Position numbers and translations under genes: made by a program
Assembly: GCA_963842085.1 (NCBI GenBank)
Contig: CAWJET010000002.1
Location: 1,120,001-1,184,000, forward strand
DNA from: an uncultured delta proteobacterium
GTDB taxonomy: Bacteria; Desulfobacterota; Binatia; Binatales; Binataceae
Direction: 5' to 3'
DNA length: 64,000 nt
Shown here: positions 50,286-59,837 of the stretch, in pieces
Layout of the letters: the number at the start of each line of letters is the position of its first letter
How positions within the stretch are numbered: position 1 is the first letter of the stretch
Notes under the pieces: model-generated
Database searches by the model: none
What the model was told of the DNA's origin: nothing
Seen by the model: only the letters and a program-made list of their open reading frames with translations

Positions 50286-51934
50286 TGGAACCTGCGCGAT
50301 TGAAAATAGTGAAGGCGTTGGAACCGACGCGACCGCGGATAGTGGTGCTGCCAGGCGAGCGGCCGTGGCTGATTGACGGAGCCGAAGAGGCTGTTCTCGA
50401 GAACTACGCTCGATGGGGGCTCTTTCAGCCCGGTGACTTGCTGGTTCGAACGACAACCTTGAGCGCCGAAGACGTTGAAAAAGAGAAACTCATCCGTCGC
50501 AAGGCCGGCTCCGTCATTTTGCGACGAGCCACCGCGCCGATGCTTGAGGACATTTTCGGTCGCGCCATCCACTGGGTGGTGCGGGTCCCGGACAAAGACA
50601 AGGTGCCGGGCTCATTCAAAGACAAGGTGATTGATTGCCCGCCCAAGGTCGCGGCGATCTACCTCTCCCGGGAAGGTATGTGGCGACTGCCGCGTCTGAC
50701 AGGGATTATCGAGGCGCCGATCATGCGGCCCGACGGGAGCGTCCTGACCGCGCCCGGTTACGATGAGGCGACCGGCCTACTCCTCCAGTCTCCGATTGCC
50801 TGGCCGGCGCTGCCCGCACCGTCGAAAGGTGCGGCCGAGGCCGCTGCAAAGTGTCTAATCGAGCCCTTTGACGAATTCCCGTTTTCATCACGCGCCGGCT
50901 CGAGCGTGCTGCTCAGTGCGATGCTCACAGGGCTTCAACGGCGGCTGCTGCCCACTGCTCCCGCGCACGCATTCGACGCGAGCATTCAAGCCGCGGGCAA
51001 AACGATTCAGGGCGACTGCGTATCGCTATTTCTTACCGGACGCGAAATAGCGTCGATGACCTTCAATTCAAACGAAGAAGAATTCCGCAAAAAATTGATG
51101 GCCGGCCTGGTTGCTGGCGATGCGATTTTCGAGATCGACAACATCACGAAACCGCTGCGCTCCGACACTCTCGCGTCGATTCTGACGAAGACACTGCACA
51201 GCGATCGGATCATGGGGCTTGGCGAGAACCGATCGGTGCCCACCAATTGCCTGTTCATTCTTACAGGCAATAATCTACAGTTTTCGGGCGATATGCCGAG
51301 TCGCGTGATCAGTTCGCGCGTCGAGCCCGACTGTGAGCGGCCCGAGGAACGGACCTTCAAAATTTGCAACCTTCGCGCCCATGTGCTCGAGCGTCGGCCG
51401 CAGTTCGTGAAGGCGGCTCTAACGATCTTGCAATCCTATTTTCACGCCGGGCGGCCGCCTCAGGGTCTTAAGCCGTTCGGCCGATTCGAGCAGTGGTCCG
51501 ACGAGATTCGCAGCGCGATCGTCTGGGCGGGGCTCCCAGATCCTTGCTTAAGCCGTGATGAAGTAATCGACGCCGATCCAGAGCGCGACGCCGCACTCGC
51601 AGTCCTCGAAAACTGGTTCCGGGTCCTCGCCGATGCGCAGACCACCATTCAGGCGTTGATCCGATGTGCAACCGGTCACGGGATGCTCGGCGATCATGAT
51701 TTCAGGCCGCCCGACGACGAGCTGAAAACCGCGCTGCTCGGAATCGCCGCAGACTATGAGTGCGCCGACAAGATATCTTCGCAACGGCTCGCTGCGTGGT
51801 GTCGCGATCGTGTCGGTCGCATCTTCGGCGAGTACAAACTTGTCCGCAGCGGCAAGGCGCACGCGGGCTTTCAGACTTGGCAAATTGTGAAATTAAACAA
51901 ACCGACGGAAACGATAGTAACTAAGGAGATTTGA
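50282..51934 (+). CDS. Putative replication helicase (SF3-like ATPase of phage/satellite type)
   Basis: RPDGSVL..PGYD..TG, Walker A (QAAGKT), Walker B (FEIDN) and TGNN motifs. No primase domain recognised. Confidence 0.75.
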   Translation: MMEPARLKIVKALEPTRPRIVVLPGERPWLIDGAEEAVLENYARWGLFQPGDLLVRTTTLSAEDVEKEKLIRRKAGSVILRRATAPMLEDIFGRAIHWVVRVPDKDKVPGSFKDKVIDCPPKVAAIYLSREGMWRLPRLTGIIEAPIMRPDGSVLTAPGYDEATGLLLQSPIAWPALPAPSKGAAEAAAKCLIEPFDEFPFSSRAGSSVLLSAMLTGLQRRLLPTAPAHAFDASIQAAGKTIQGDCVSLFLTGREIASMTFNSNEEEFRKKLMAGLVAGDAIFEIDNITKPLRSDTLASILTKTLHSDRIMGLGENRSVPTNCLFILTGNNLQFSGDMPSRVISSRVEPDCERPEERTFKICNLRAHVLERRPQFVKAALTILQSYFHAGRPPQGLKPFGRFEQWSDEIRSAIVWAGLPDPCLSRDEVIDADPERDAALAVLENWFRVLADAQTTIQALIRCATGHGMLGDHDFRPPDDELKTALLGIAADYECADKISSQRLAAWCRDRVGRIFGEYKLVRSGKAHAGFQTWQIVKLNKPTETIVTKEI

Positions 51935-52389
51935 AAATGGATCGGAAAGAATTCGAGGGGATCGAAACTGAGGAGCGCGTCACATTTTCGCTGAACGATG
52001 CCTGGCGGATCGTCGCCGAAGGGCCCGAGGCCGCGGTCGATCGTGCTCTCGCGCGCATCGCGCCATTCCGCCTCGAGGTCGCCGAGGTCCTGCGCGAACG
52101 GCAGGGGTTGCCTAAGCGCGGCGAAGAAATCGTCAGGCGAGAGGTGTCGGCGAACGTGCCGAGCAAAGAGGTGCAGCGCGCGAACTATATCAAATGGTTC
52201 AGCGAGAAAGGTATGTACTATAGGCCCAGCGAGCAGGAGCTTGACGCGATGTTCGCGCAGGTTAATGAGGGGGATGAGATTTTTTTGATTTCGCCCACTC
52301 GTTCACGGTGCGCCGTCCGAATGGGCTCCTTGTGGCTGTGGACCGCAAGGGCCGCGTCACTCCGCCGTCGCCGTACAGCCCGGCGCTGA
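51931..52389 (+). CDS. Hypothetical protein (possible frameshift at the T7 run 52280-52286)
   Basis: AAGGAG RBS and overlap with the helicase stop. Confidence 0.55.
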   Translation: MKMDRKEFEGIETEERVTFSLNDAWRIVAEGPEAAVDRALARIAPFRLEVAEVLRERQGLPKRGEEIVRREVSANVPSKEVQRANYIKWFSEKGMYYRPSEQELDAMFAQVNEGDEIFLISPTRSRCAVRMGSLWLWTARAASLRRRRTARR

Positions 52390-52435
52390 AAAAGTAGAAA
52401 AGGAACGGCCGCGAGCGTTACGAGCGCCGGCGGCC

Positions 52436-53284
52436 GTGACGGAGAGAAACGCAATGAGTCCGACGACCATATCAGAGCCGCGCGTGCCGTGGCGCAACGA
52501 TCTGCGCGCGGAGTTGAATTCGATCGCGAACTGCAACCTTCACAAGTACACAGGAATCGAAGGGCTGTCCCTCGGGCTGCACGTCATTCACGTGCATCCG
52601 CCAGACTACGTGAGTAAGGACGACTACACCTTTAAGCTGTCCTGGAAGGAGCGACGACTCACTCGCGACCCGCACCGGCCGCAACCGGCGCTATCGCGGC
52701 AAAGGTTTGACGAGCTGGTGGATCATGAACGCCGATTCGGCCGGCGCTCACGCATCGCAGACGAGGATCGCGTGCTCTCGGGCGTCGATCTATTGGCCGA
52801 CAACTCGTGGCCTTTTTGTCGCACTTGCGGCCTGCCCTTCGCCGCGATGCTGAATGGGCACCCGAGACAGGGCTTTTGGGTGTGTCGAATCGAGGACGGC
52901 GCCGATCTCTGCGAGTGCTGCTGGCTGGCTGAGCATTACGCCGGCGACCGCCAAGCGATGATTCAGCACGTGCTCGCGCAAGACCTCGGCGGCGACGTGA
53001 TGCGTGCGTCCGTCAGACTGGGGCTCCGCCGCGGGTGGGATGACGACACCATATTTTTTCGGAACGTGGAGGCCTACTGGACCTCGCCCGGACTCTTCGA
53101 ATTGCTTCGGCTTCATCGGGTCAGCATGTCGGAATCCGCCGGAGTGATCTTGCAGGTGCTCGAGGCGCTGATTGCTGAGGCGAAACCCGAGGAGCGGTTG
53201 TCGAAGCAACAGAGGGACGAGCGACGCGCGGCACTGTGGCGCGACGAGCAGCGCGATCCGCGCACGCTCGCGGCTATCGGGTGA
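52436..53284 (+). CDS. Hypothetical protein with putative Zn-binding motifs
   Basis: CRTC...CECC; operon context. Confidence 0.55.
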   Translation: MTERNAMSPTTISEPRVPWRNDLRAELNSIANCNLHKYTGIEGLSLGLHVIHVHPPDYVSKDDYTFKLSWKERRLTRDPHRPQPALSRQRFDELVDHERRFGRRSRIADEDRVLSGVDLLADNSWPFCRTCGLPFAAMLNGHPRQGFWVCRIEDGADLCECCWLAEHYAGDRQAMIQHVLAQDLGGDVMRASVRLGLRRGWDDDTIFFRNVEAYWTSPGLFELLRLHRVSMSESAGVILQVLEALIAEAKPEERLSKQQRDERRAALWRDEQRDPRTLAAIG

Positions 53285-53340
53285 AAGCACTTGAGCGAGC
53301 GGCGCTGGACCGGGCGCACGGCTGAGGGAGTCCGACCGAC

Positions 53341-53751
53341 ATGAGGTACACCGATACCTTTGAGGTTGGCTGGGCCTTGGTCAAACGCTCGACGGGGAAG
53401 GCGATTCTATGCGTTGGCCGCCCGCCTTGTGTCATCGCCGGCAATGACATGTGGGTGCCGCGCAGCCAACTTCGCTGCGACCTAAGTCGTGTCGGTGACT
53501 ACGGACTCCTAGTTGTAACCGGCTGGTGGGCGAACAAGAGCGGCCTACTCGATATTGACGACGTTGACGACGACCGCTGCGATGAACATCACGAACCACC
53601 AGCACCGCTCCGGCTGGTCGAGACTGAGCAGACTTATCGCCGCCTGGCGAACGAGCATCACCCTGATCACGGCGGCAACCTTCGCGTGATGCAAGCGATC
53701 AACTTGTTAATAGACGCGGTGCACAGGGACCTGCGCCGCGCAAATGGGTGA
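53341..53751 (+). CDS. Hypothetical protein with C-terminal J-domain-like HPD motif
   Basis: YRRLANEHHPDHGGNLRVMQAIN. Confidence 0.65.
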   Translation: MRYTDTFEVGWALVKRSTGKAILCVGRPPCVIAGNDMWVPRSQLRCDLSRVGDYGLLVVTGWWANKSGLLDIDDVDDDRCDEHHEPPAPLRLVETEQTYRRLANEHHPDHGGNLRVMQAINLLIDAVHRDLRRANG

Positions 53752-53805
53752 AATGCAGACATCGGAAATTTTTCAGGCACGCCTTGAGTGTGCTCTTTGT
53801 CGCGC

Positions 53806-53985
53806 ATGGACAGCAATCAAACAGATTCGGGCGCGTTCGTCTCGATTCCGGCCGCGGCGAAAAAATTGGGTGTGAGCACAAAACGGCTTGCGCTGGCGAT
53901 CGATCTGAGGCAGGTGCCGGCGGTCATGCTCGGCCGGCGCAAAGTGATCCCGAGGCAGGCGATCCAGAAGCTACTAGACCAATGA
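53806..53985 (+). CDS. Excisionase-like HTH protein
   Basis: VSIPAAAKKLGVS...VPAVMLGRRKVIPRQAIQKLL. Confidence 0.8.
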   Translation: MDSNQTDSGAFVSIPAAAKKLGVSTKRLALAIDLRQVPAVMLGRRKVIPRQAIQKLLDQ

Positions 53986-54191
53986 GAAAAACGGACGAGC
54001 TATTCGCCGCCTACCGCGCTTTGATCGACGAGCACCTCGCGATGCGAAAACAGCTCGGCGCGGCAATGCGGACCTTTGAACGCGAATTTCGCGCGTGCAG
54101 GCCGGAAGATGAAGCGTCGCTGGCGTCGAAGTTTCGCGCGATTCTGGAGGCGCTTCGTGCGTCTGAAATAGGAAAGGAGAGCAACGAGTGA
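53982..54191 (+). CDS. Small helical hypothetical protein
   Basis: ATGA and GTGA overlaps with both neighbours. Confidence 0.6.
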   Translation: MRKTDELFAAYRALIDEHLAMRKQLGAAMRTFEREFRACRPEDEASLASKFRAILEALRASEIGKESNE

Positions 54192-54865
54192 ACAAGGAAA
54201 TTTTTGATGAAATTTTTGCTGACTTTTCTGCCGCGAACAAACTGATCGAGCGCGATCCGGTCGTGATGGGCGAGAGGCTCGCTCGAGCAGCCTGCGATCG
54301 AATCCTTCTGCCGGATCTGCCGGTGGACGTTCTACACAAGGGTTTAAGTCAGCGGGTTGGTGCGCTGTCGGGCCGCATGAAGGACGCCGTCGAGCGTGGC
54401 AGGGCGTATCTGATTGCCGAAACGATCATCCCGGAATTCGCGAACGATCTGCGCGACTGGATGAGCTATGAGCGAAGGTCAGGGGCGTTGAAGCCCTGGT
54501 CCGCGGCGGACAAGGGCAAGGGCAAGGCTCACCTGTTCGAAGGGTTCGCGTGGCACCGCGAGCCCGGCATGATCATAAGGCGCCTCGAACGTGGCGATGA
54601 TTTCGGAAAGATAACCTTTCGCGAAGTTGAGATCGTCGGCGCTGACGGCACCCATAAGCCTTCGTTCGTACGACGCGATCCGCGTATCGACGACTACCGG
54701 CCGGTCGGTCGGAGCAAAGAGAGTTGGTATCAAGAGTGGTGCACGCCAGAAAGCGTGATCGCCGAAGCTGAGGCGGCGGCGCGGCGCGAGGAGGAAATCG
54801 CAACGCGGCCATTTTCAGCCACGTCCGGGCCGAATGCCGGCGAGGCGACAGTGGTGCGCCGATGA
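54188..54865 (+). CDS. Hypothetical protein
   Basis: AAGGAG RBS; translationally coupled. Confidence 0.6.
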   Translation: MNKEIFDEIFADFSAANKLIERDPVVMGERLARAACDRILLPDLPVDVLHKGLSQRVGALSGRMKDAVERGRAYLIAETIIPEFANDLRDWMSYERRSGALKPWSAADKGKGKAHLFEGFAWHREPGMIIRRLERGDDFGKITFREVEIVGADGTHKPSFVRRDPRIDDYRPVGRSKESWYQEWCTPESVIAEAEAAARREEEIATRPFSATSGPNAGEATVVRR

Positions 54866-55257
54866 GCGGAATTTGCGTCGGCGGGATCGCGATCGAGATT
54901 ATGTCCAATGAAAGGGGGAATTCCATGTATGGTTTAACAGAGCTCTCAACTTATGGCCTGAGAGAGGCCGTGCGCCGCGTTATGACGGCGATGAATGAAG
55001 ATCCCCGCGCAGGGGAAGCGATGCTGCGAGCGCGCGGTAAGGGCGGGCTCGTAGGCGTGTCGCTTCACGCATCTCCACCAGGTTCGCAACCATATCCCGG
55101 AAAACGTGCACCGTCGCCGTTTCCGCCGGCGGATGACTGGCGGCCGTCAAATCCCGGTGTAGTCGAGTCCGACGAAGATGACGACGACGGTCTCGAGATG
55201 GGCGTTCAATTTCCAGATCGATCGACGAACCGCAGTCGCCGAAAAAAGGGGAAGTAA
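54862..55257 (+). CDS. Hypothetical protein (acidic/basic C-terminus)
   Basis: Coupled ORF; the start is uncertain. Confidence 0.5.
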   Translation: MSGICVGGIAIEIMSNERGNSMYGLTELSTYGLREAVRRVMTAMNEDPRAGEAMLRARGKGGLVGVSLHASPPGSQPYPGKRAPSPFPPADDWRPSNPGVVESDEDDDDGLEMGVQFPDRSTNRSRRKKGK

Positions 55258-55259
55258 AC

Positions 55260-55541
55260 ATGGGCTGGAACACGAAACTGAGCAACGTCGCCAAGTCAGG
55301 ATCGACGACGGCGATCAACGCGCTGACCGCCGCGAATTGCGCCGGCGACGTTGGCAAGGATGCTGGTTTCGCGACGCATCTTTCGGCGGCCCAAAACGCC
55401 GCGATCGCCGCCGTCGCGGGGCTCGGAGGCGCCGCTGCGAACTGCGACGTCTCCCTAGTCTGCAATACAGACACCGGACCAGGCCGGGCCGGAATCGACG
55501 CTGGCGCTGTGATCACGATCACAGTGGTCGAGCGACATTGA
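55260..55541 (+). CDS. Small Ala/Gly-rich hypothetical protein
   Basis: GGGGAAG RBS, 2 nt after the previous stop. Confidence 0.6.
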   Translation: MGWNTKLSNVAKSGSTTAINALTAANCAGDVGKDAGFATHLSAAQNAAIAAVAGLGGAAANCDVSLVCNTDTGPGRAGIDAGAVITITVVERH

Positions 55542-55714
55542 TGTGTGAAGAAGTTTTGCCGAGGCGTGCGGTAGTACCGCCCGCTCGAAAGCCGCCGGTT
55601 TTGCCGCCGGCGGCCCCCTCGGCAAAGCCGAGGCAAGCGCGGCCTTGTTCCCCGCGTGAGGGTTCGGTGCGCCTTCCACGCCGGCCCTCAGCCTCGGCGA
55701 TTTCTGAATCGTGA
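55541..55714 (+). CDS. Small Pro/Arg-rich hypothetical protein
   Basis: TGATG overlaps on both sides. Confidence 0.4.
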   Translation: MCEEVLPRRAVVPPARKPPVLPPAAPSAKPRQARPCSPREGSVRLPRRPSASAISES

Positions 55715-56130
55715 TGGAAACTTCAACCGCAATTGAACCGAGTAAGCCTCGACGCACGCCCGCGCTTAAGCGCGACCAACAGCGGCGCCGAAAAGTGACA
55801 GCCTTGGTCCGGCTCAGCGGCCGTGACGATCCTAAGTATCGTCCGGGGTTCCAAATGGCGGCCGAAATTCTTCTGGTCAAAGAGCGCGTCTATTTAAGTT
55901 TGAAAGATCGGGAACTCATTAACCCGGATGGCTCGGTCATCGGTGCGGTCGAAAGTTTCCGAAGACTTTGCGACAGCGCGGGCGCGGCCTTGAAGGCGCT
56001 AGGTCTGCTCCCCAGCTCCGTTCTACCCGATGAGCGTGCCGGATCTCTCGATGCCGTCTTCGAACGGATTTCAAAGGTACGCAGGGTACGCGAAGGGGCC
56101 GCGAGCGGTGAGCAGAGCCCAGCAGCTTGA
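55711..56130 (+). CDS. Putative terminase small subunit
   Basis: Overlaps the terL start; helical, with an ALGLLPSS motif reminiscent of P27-type TerS. Confidence 0.55.
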   Translation: MMETSTAIEPSKPRRTPALKRDQQRRRKVTALVRLSGRDDPKYRPGFQMAAEILLVKERVYLSLKDRELINPDGSVIGAVESFRRLCDSAGAALKALGLLPSSVLPDERAGSLDAVFERISKVRRVREGAASGEQSPAA

Positions 56131-57576
56131 ACACGCCCGCGAGGACCTCGCGGCATACGCAGCGGCGCTCTACCCTCGGTTCGAACTGCCACCGCACCTG
56201 CGCATTCTCGTTTCGGTCCTCGAGCGCGTTGAGCGTGGCGAACTGGACCGCGTGATTGTGGCGATGCCGCCCCGGCACGGCAAGAGCATGACGACGAGTC
56301 AGTTGTTTCCCGCATGGTATCTCGGGCGCAATCCTACCAAGTCGATCATCGCCAGCTCGTACGGACAGGAACTCGCGAGCGACTTCGGGCGCCGCGTCCG
56401 GAACTTCGCCAGCGAACGATTGCATCGTCAGATCTTCCCCGAGTGTGTGATCGCCGACGACAGCGATAGTGTCCGTCGGTTCCATACGACGGCGGGCGGT
56501 GCGTTTTACGGAATTGGCGCCGGTGGACCGATTACCGGCCGCGGCGCTGACCTGCTGCTGATCGACGACCCGATCAAGAGTGCCGACGACGCGCGCTCGC
56601 CTGCGCTGCGCCGTTCGCTTCAAGAGTGGTACCAGAACGTCCTATATACGCGGGCCGAACCGGGTGCCGCGATCGTTTTGATCCAAACGAGATGGCATCA
56701 AGACGACCTCGCGGGCTGGCTACTCAAAGAGCATGCGAGCGAAGGCTGGAAAGTGATCTCACTGCCCGCAATCGCGGAGGTGAGCGAAGGTTGGAGAAAC
56801 GAAGGCGATGCGTTGTGGCCCGCGCGCTTCCCGCGCGAGACACTGGACCGCATCCGCGAAGCGATCGGCACCACGGCATGGACTGCGCTGTACCAACAGC
56901 GGCCGGCGCCCGAGCAAGGCGCTATCTTCCGGCGCGAGTGGTGGCGGCCGTACGCCGGTCCGGTCGAGTGTCACCGAACAATTTTCTCGCTCGACACGGC
57001 GTATAAGGCCGGCCTGGCGAACGATTATTCGGTGATCGCGATTGTCGGCGAGTCGCGCGACGGGTATTACCTGCGCCACGTCAGTCGCGGAAGGTGGGAA
57101 TTTCCACTGAGGCACTTGCCGAGATCTGGAAACCTCACGCCGTGCTGATCGAGGATGCCGCAAGCGGCCAGTCTCTCATTCAGGCGCTCAAAGCCGAGAC
57201 GCGACTGCCGATCCTGCCAGTCAAGCCGCTCGGCGATAAGGTATCGCGCGCGCATGCCGTCAGCCCGCTGGTCGAGAGTGGTCGCGTGTTTGTTCCTGCC
57301 GAGGCTTCTTGGCTCGCCGACTTCATCGATGAGGCGACGTCATTCCCCGCGGCGCCGCACGACGACCAGGTGGACGCGATCACGCAGGCGCTCAATTACC
57401 TACGGGGCGAGGGACACGGCGAGTATCACTTCATCTCGCTGCGCGAATGCGAGGCGGCGGCGGCCGGCGGCCAAAACTACAGTACGCTAGGCCGCCAGCA
57501 GAGGATCGACCGCCTCGAGGACGGACGACTGGCGCGCCAACGGGCGCGGCGGGGCAGGTTCGCGGGTGTTTGGTAG
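56108..57576 (+). pseudogene. Terminase large subunit (Terminase_6-like), frameshifted near 57100
   Basis: PPRHGKS (Walker A), LLIDDP (Walker B), QTRWH and SLDTAYK in frame 1. IEDAASG and HDDQVDA continue in the -1 frame (57094-57576). Confidence 0.88.
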
Positions 57577-57602
57577 AAGAAAAAATTAGTAGTAGAACCA
57601 CA

Positions 57603-57785
57603 GTGCACCTTTTTGTAGGCAACATTTTGTTTTCGATGACCGAGCGAGAGCTGCGCGATTTGCTGGAGCCATACGACTGTGAGAGCGCGCGGGCGGAAAT
57701 TCACATCGAGGTTGCGCCGAGTTCCCGGTTCCGGTCACCTGATCATCGGCGGGCAGCAGCTCGGGCTCCGCGGTCGGCGTGGTAG
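57603..57785 (+). pseudogene. Truncated RNA-recognition-motif (RRM) fragment
   Basis: HLFVGNILFSMTERELRDLLEPY matches RNP-2 plus helix 1; no RNP-1 follows. Confidence 0.55.
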
Positions 57786-58044
57786 CGTCGAACTGCTCGG
57801 GCGGTTGCCCTGCGGAAGCTGCGCGGCACGAGGCCTGATTTAGAATCGCCCCGTAGCGGCAAGGCCGCGAAGGTTTCCGGCAGAGAGCGGATCATCGATA
57901 GGCCGCCTTGTTGCATGGAGCGAAGTTGTCGGCCGCGCGGCAGTTTGCTAACCCACAGACACGACGCTCCGACAAACTGCACGATGAACCTTCCTTGGAA
58001 ACGAAAGCTCCCGACCGGAGAGGCTCTATAGGGAGGCTGAACGG

Positions 58045-58629
58045 ATGGGTGTCTCGCTGTCAGGGCGGGACACTCCGTTAAGGGAACCCGAGTTGCAGCG
58101 CCGTCTGCTCGATGCCCGGGCCGACAGGCGAAATGCGATCCTAAATTGGGGTCAGACCATAGGCATCATCGGCACACTTTTGGTCACGCTTTTCTTTTCC
58201 GCGCGCAATCGGACAGCGCAAGTGAACCAGACGTCCGGCGATTTCATGCTCCGTTTCGATGACAAGCTCAATGCTGGTGGGAGCGGACGTGTTAGCAGGG
58301 CGCTGGATAATGGTGTTCCGCTGACCGGGGACAAGGACGTGTCGGATGACGACATCGACGATTTTCTATCAAATTACGAACTCCTAGCGGCAGCGTATCG
58401 TCATGAATTGATCAACCGAGACATGGCTGAGGACGCGTTCTCGTACGACCTAGAAAAGGCGCTGAAAGAACCGCGCATCGAACAACAACTCGTCGACGAG
58501 AGGCGCGAGGAAAGCGACATCTACGATGGCGTTCTCGAGCTGGCGCGGGCGTGGAATATCAGTACAGATCTGACCGTCCCCGCAAGCCCGACAAGCGCAT
58601 CAAGTCCGACTACTGCGCCGACTCATTGA
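58045..58629 (+). CDS. Membrane-anchored hypothetical cargo protein (DUF4760-like)
   Basis: GGGAGG RBS, one N-terminal TM and a FLSNYELLA..Y helical domain. Confidence 0.6.
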   Translation: MGVSLSGRDTPLREPELQRRLLDARADRRNAILNWGQTIGIIGTLLVTLFFSARNRTAQVNQTSGDFMLRFDDKLNAGGSGRVSRALDNGVPLTGDKDVSDDDIDDFLSNYELLAAAYRHELINRDMAEDAFSYDLEKALKEPRIEQQLVDERREESDIYDGVLELARAWNISTDLTVPASPTSASSPTTAPTH

Positions 58630-58869
58630 TCGTTATTGAGCGCGAGAGGACTATGACGCTTCGGCCGGGAGACGCTTTGCCCAGGCATCCAGTTTCCGCG
58701 AACCTTCGCTTTTCATGACCGCATTTGTTAAACGGCAAGGATGAATCTCCGCCACACTGCCGCGCTCGCGGGTTTGCTCACCTTCGACGCGATTCTCGCG
58801 GAGGCCTGAAAATTCCCCTTGTCCGGGTGGGTCGACTCACCGAGATCGCTCAAGTAGGCTTTTGGCTGA

Positions 58870-59268
58870 ATGGACGGCGCTATCTGCACGGATTGTGGCC
58901 ACGCGTTTGGAGGCGAGAAACCTGGCGTGCCCTGCCCCGAGTGCGGTTCGATCCGACGTACCATCACCGCCGGCGGGGAACAGAAAGCCAAACCGGAGAT
59001 GAAAGGCTCCGGTACGGTCAACTTCGCGGCTCGGATAGAAACGCACTCGGGCCTGACAGGCAGCGTTATCGTTGACAAACTTGTTGTTGTCTTAATAAAC
59101 AACTGGTTTAGGTTCTGCTTGGGGATCGCCCTAATACTTGTGTTGGAAGCGATTAGCTCGGTTTTGCCCCAATTCTTGGGGTCCGTCGTCCGTGTGGTTT
59201 TCGAGGTGGTGATTTTGCTGTGCGTACCCAATTGGCGAGTCCCTGAAGCCAAAAGAAAACGCTCCTGA
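58870..59268 (+). CDS. Zinc-ribbon protein with C-terminal TM helices
   Basis: CTDCG...PCPECGS and two hydrophobic segments. Confidence 0.55.
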   Translation: MDGAICTDCGHAFGGEKPGVPCPECGSIRRTITAGGEQKAKPEMKGSGTVNFAARIETHSGLTGSVIVDKLVVVLINNWFRFCLGIALILVLEAISSVLPQFLGSVVRVVFEVVILLCVPNWRVPEAKRKRS

Positions 59269-59648
59269 TCCGCTGAACCCCCGTGTTAACGGCCTAGGCG
59301 AAGGGCCTGAAAAATGCCCCGGCTCTGGGTTGTTCAAGCCCCTATTATCCAGTAACGGTGAGCAAGCAGAGGATTCACCCTCGACCGGCCTAGGGTTTCT
59401 TTTGGTTGCTCAATGAACGACCGAAATGAACAAGCAGACAACCAGAGAAACCCGCCCTCCGGTTGTTCATCTCGCGGCCGGGCCTACGGATCGGCGTGAC
59501 GCCACGGTTCGGCATCGACACGAACGCCTAACTCGTTTCGCCGATCGCTGATCGCGAGCCCGCGATTCCGCTCGCGCGCGCGATGACGACGTTGCAATGC
59601 CCGCGTGCACAATTCGATCTGCCGAACGTGCCGGCCGGCGCCGGCCGA

Positions 59649-59837
59649 CTAGCGCGAACGGTAGCGTTCGAGCGCGATCAAAGAACCACCAACCAGAAGC
59701 GCCAAGCCACTGGCGACGGTTCCTGGATCGAGCTCCGGAGCAGGCCAAACGCGGGTTGCACCTGCGACTCCTTGGAAGCCAACCGCGAAGACGGCACCAG
59801 CTGCAACGGTCAAAATCCACTTAGGAAGGTTTTTCAT
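59649..59837 (-). CDS. Minimal secreted peptide with PEP-CTERM/VPEID-CTERM-like sorting signal
   Basis: GGAGGAG RBS; signal peptide, then APELDPG, a TM helix and the basic tail ERYRSR. Confidence 0.7.
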   Translation of the reverse strand: MKNLPKWILTVAAGAVFAVGFQGVAGATRVWPAPELDPGTVASGLALLVGGSLIALERYRSR

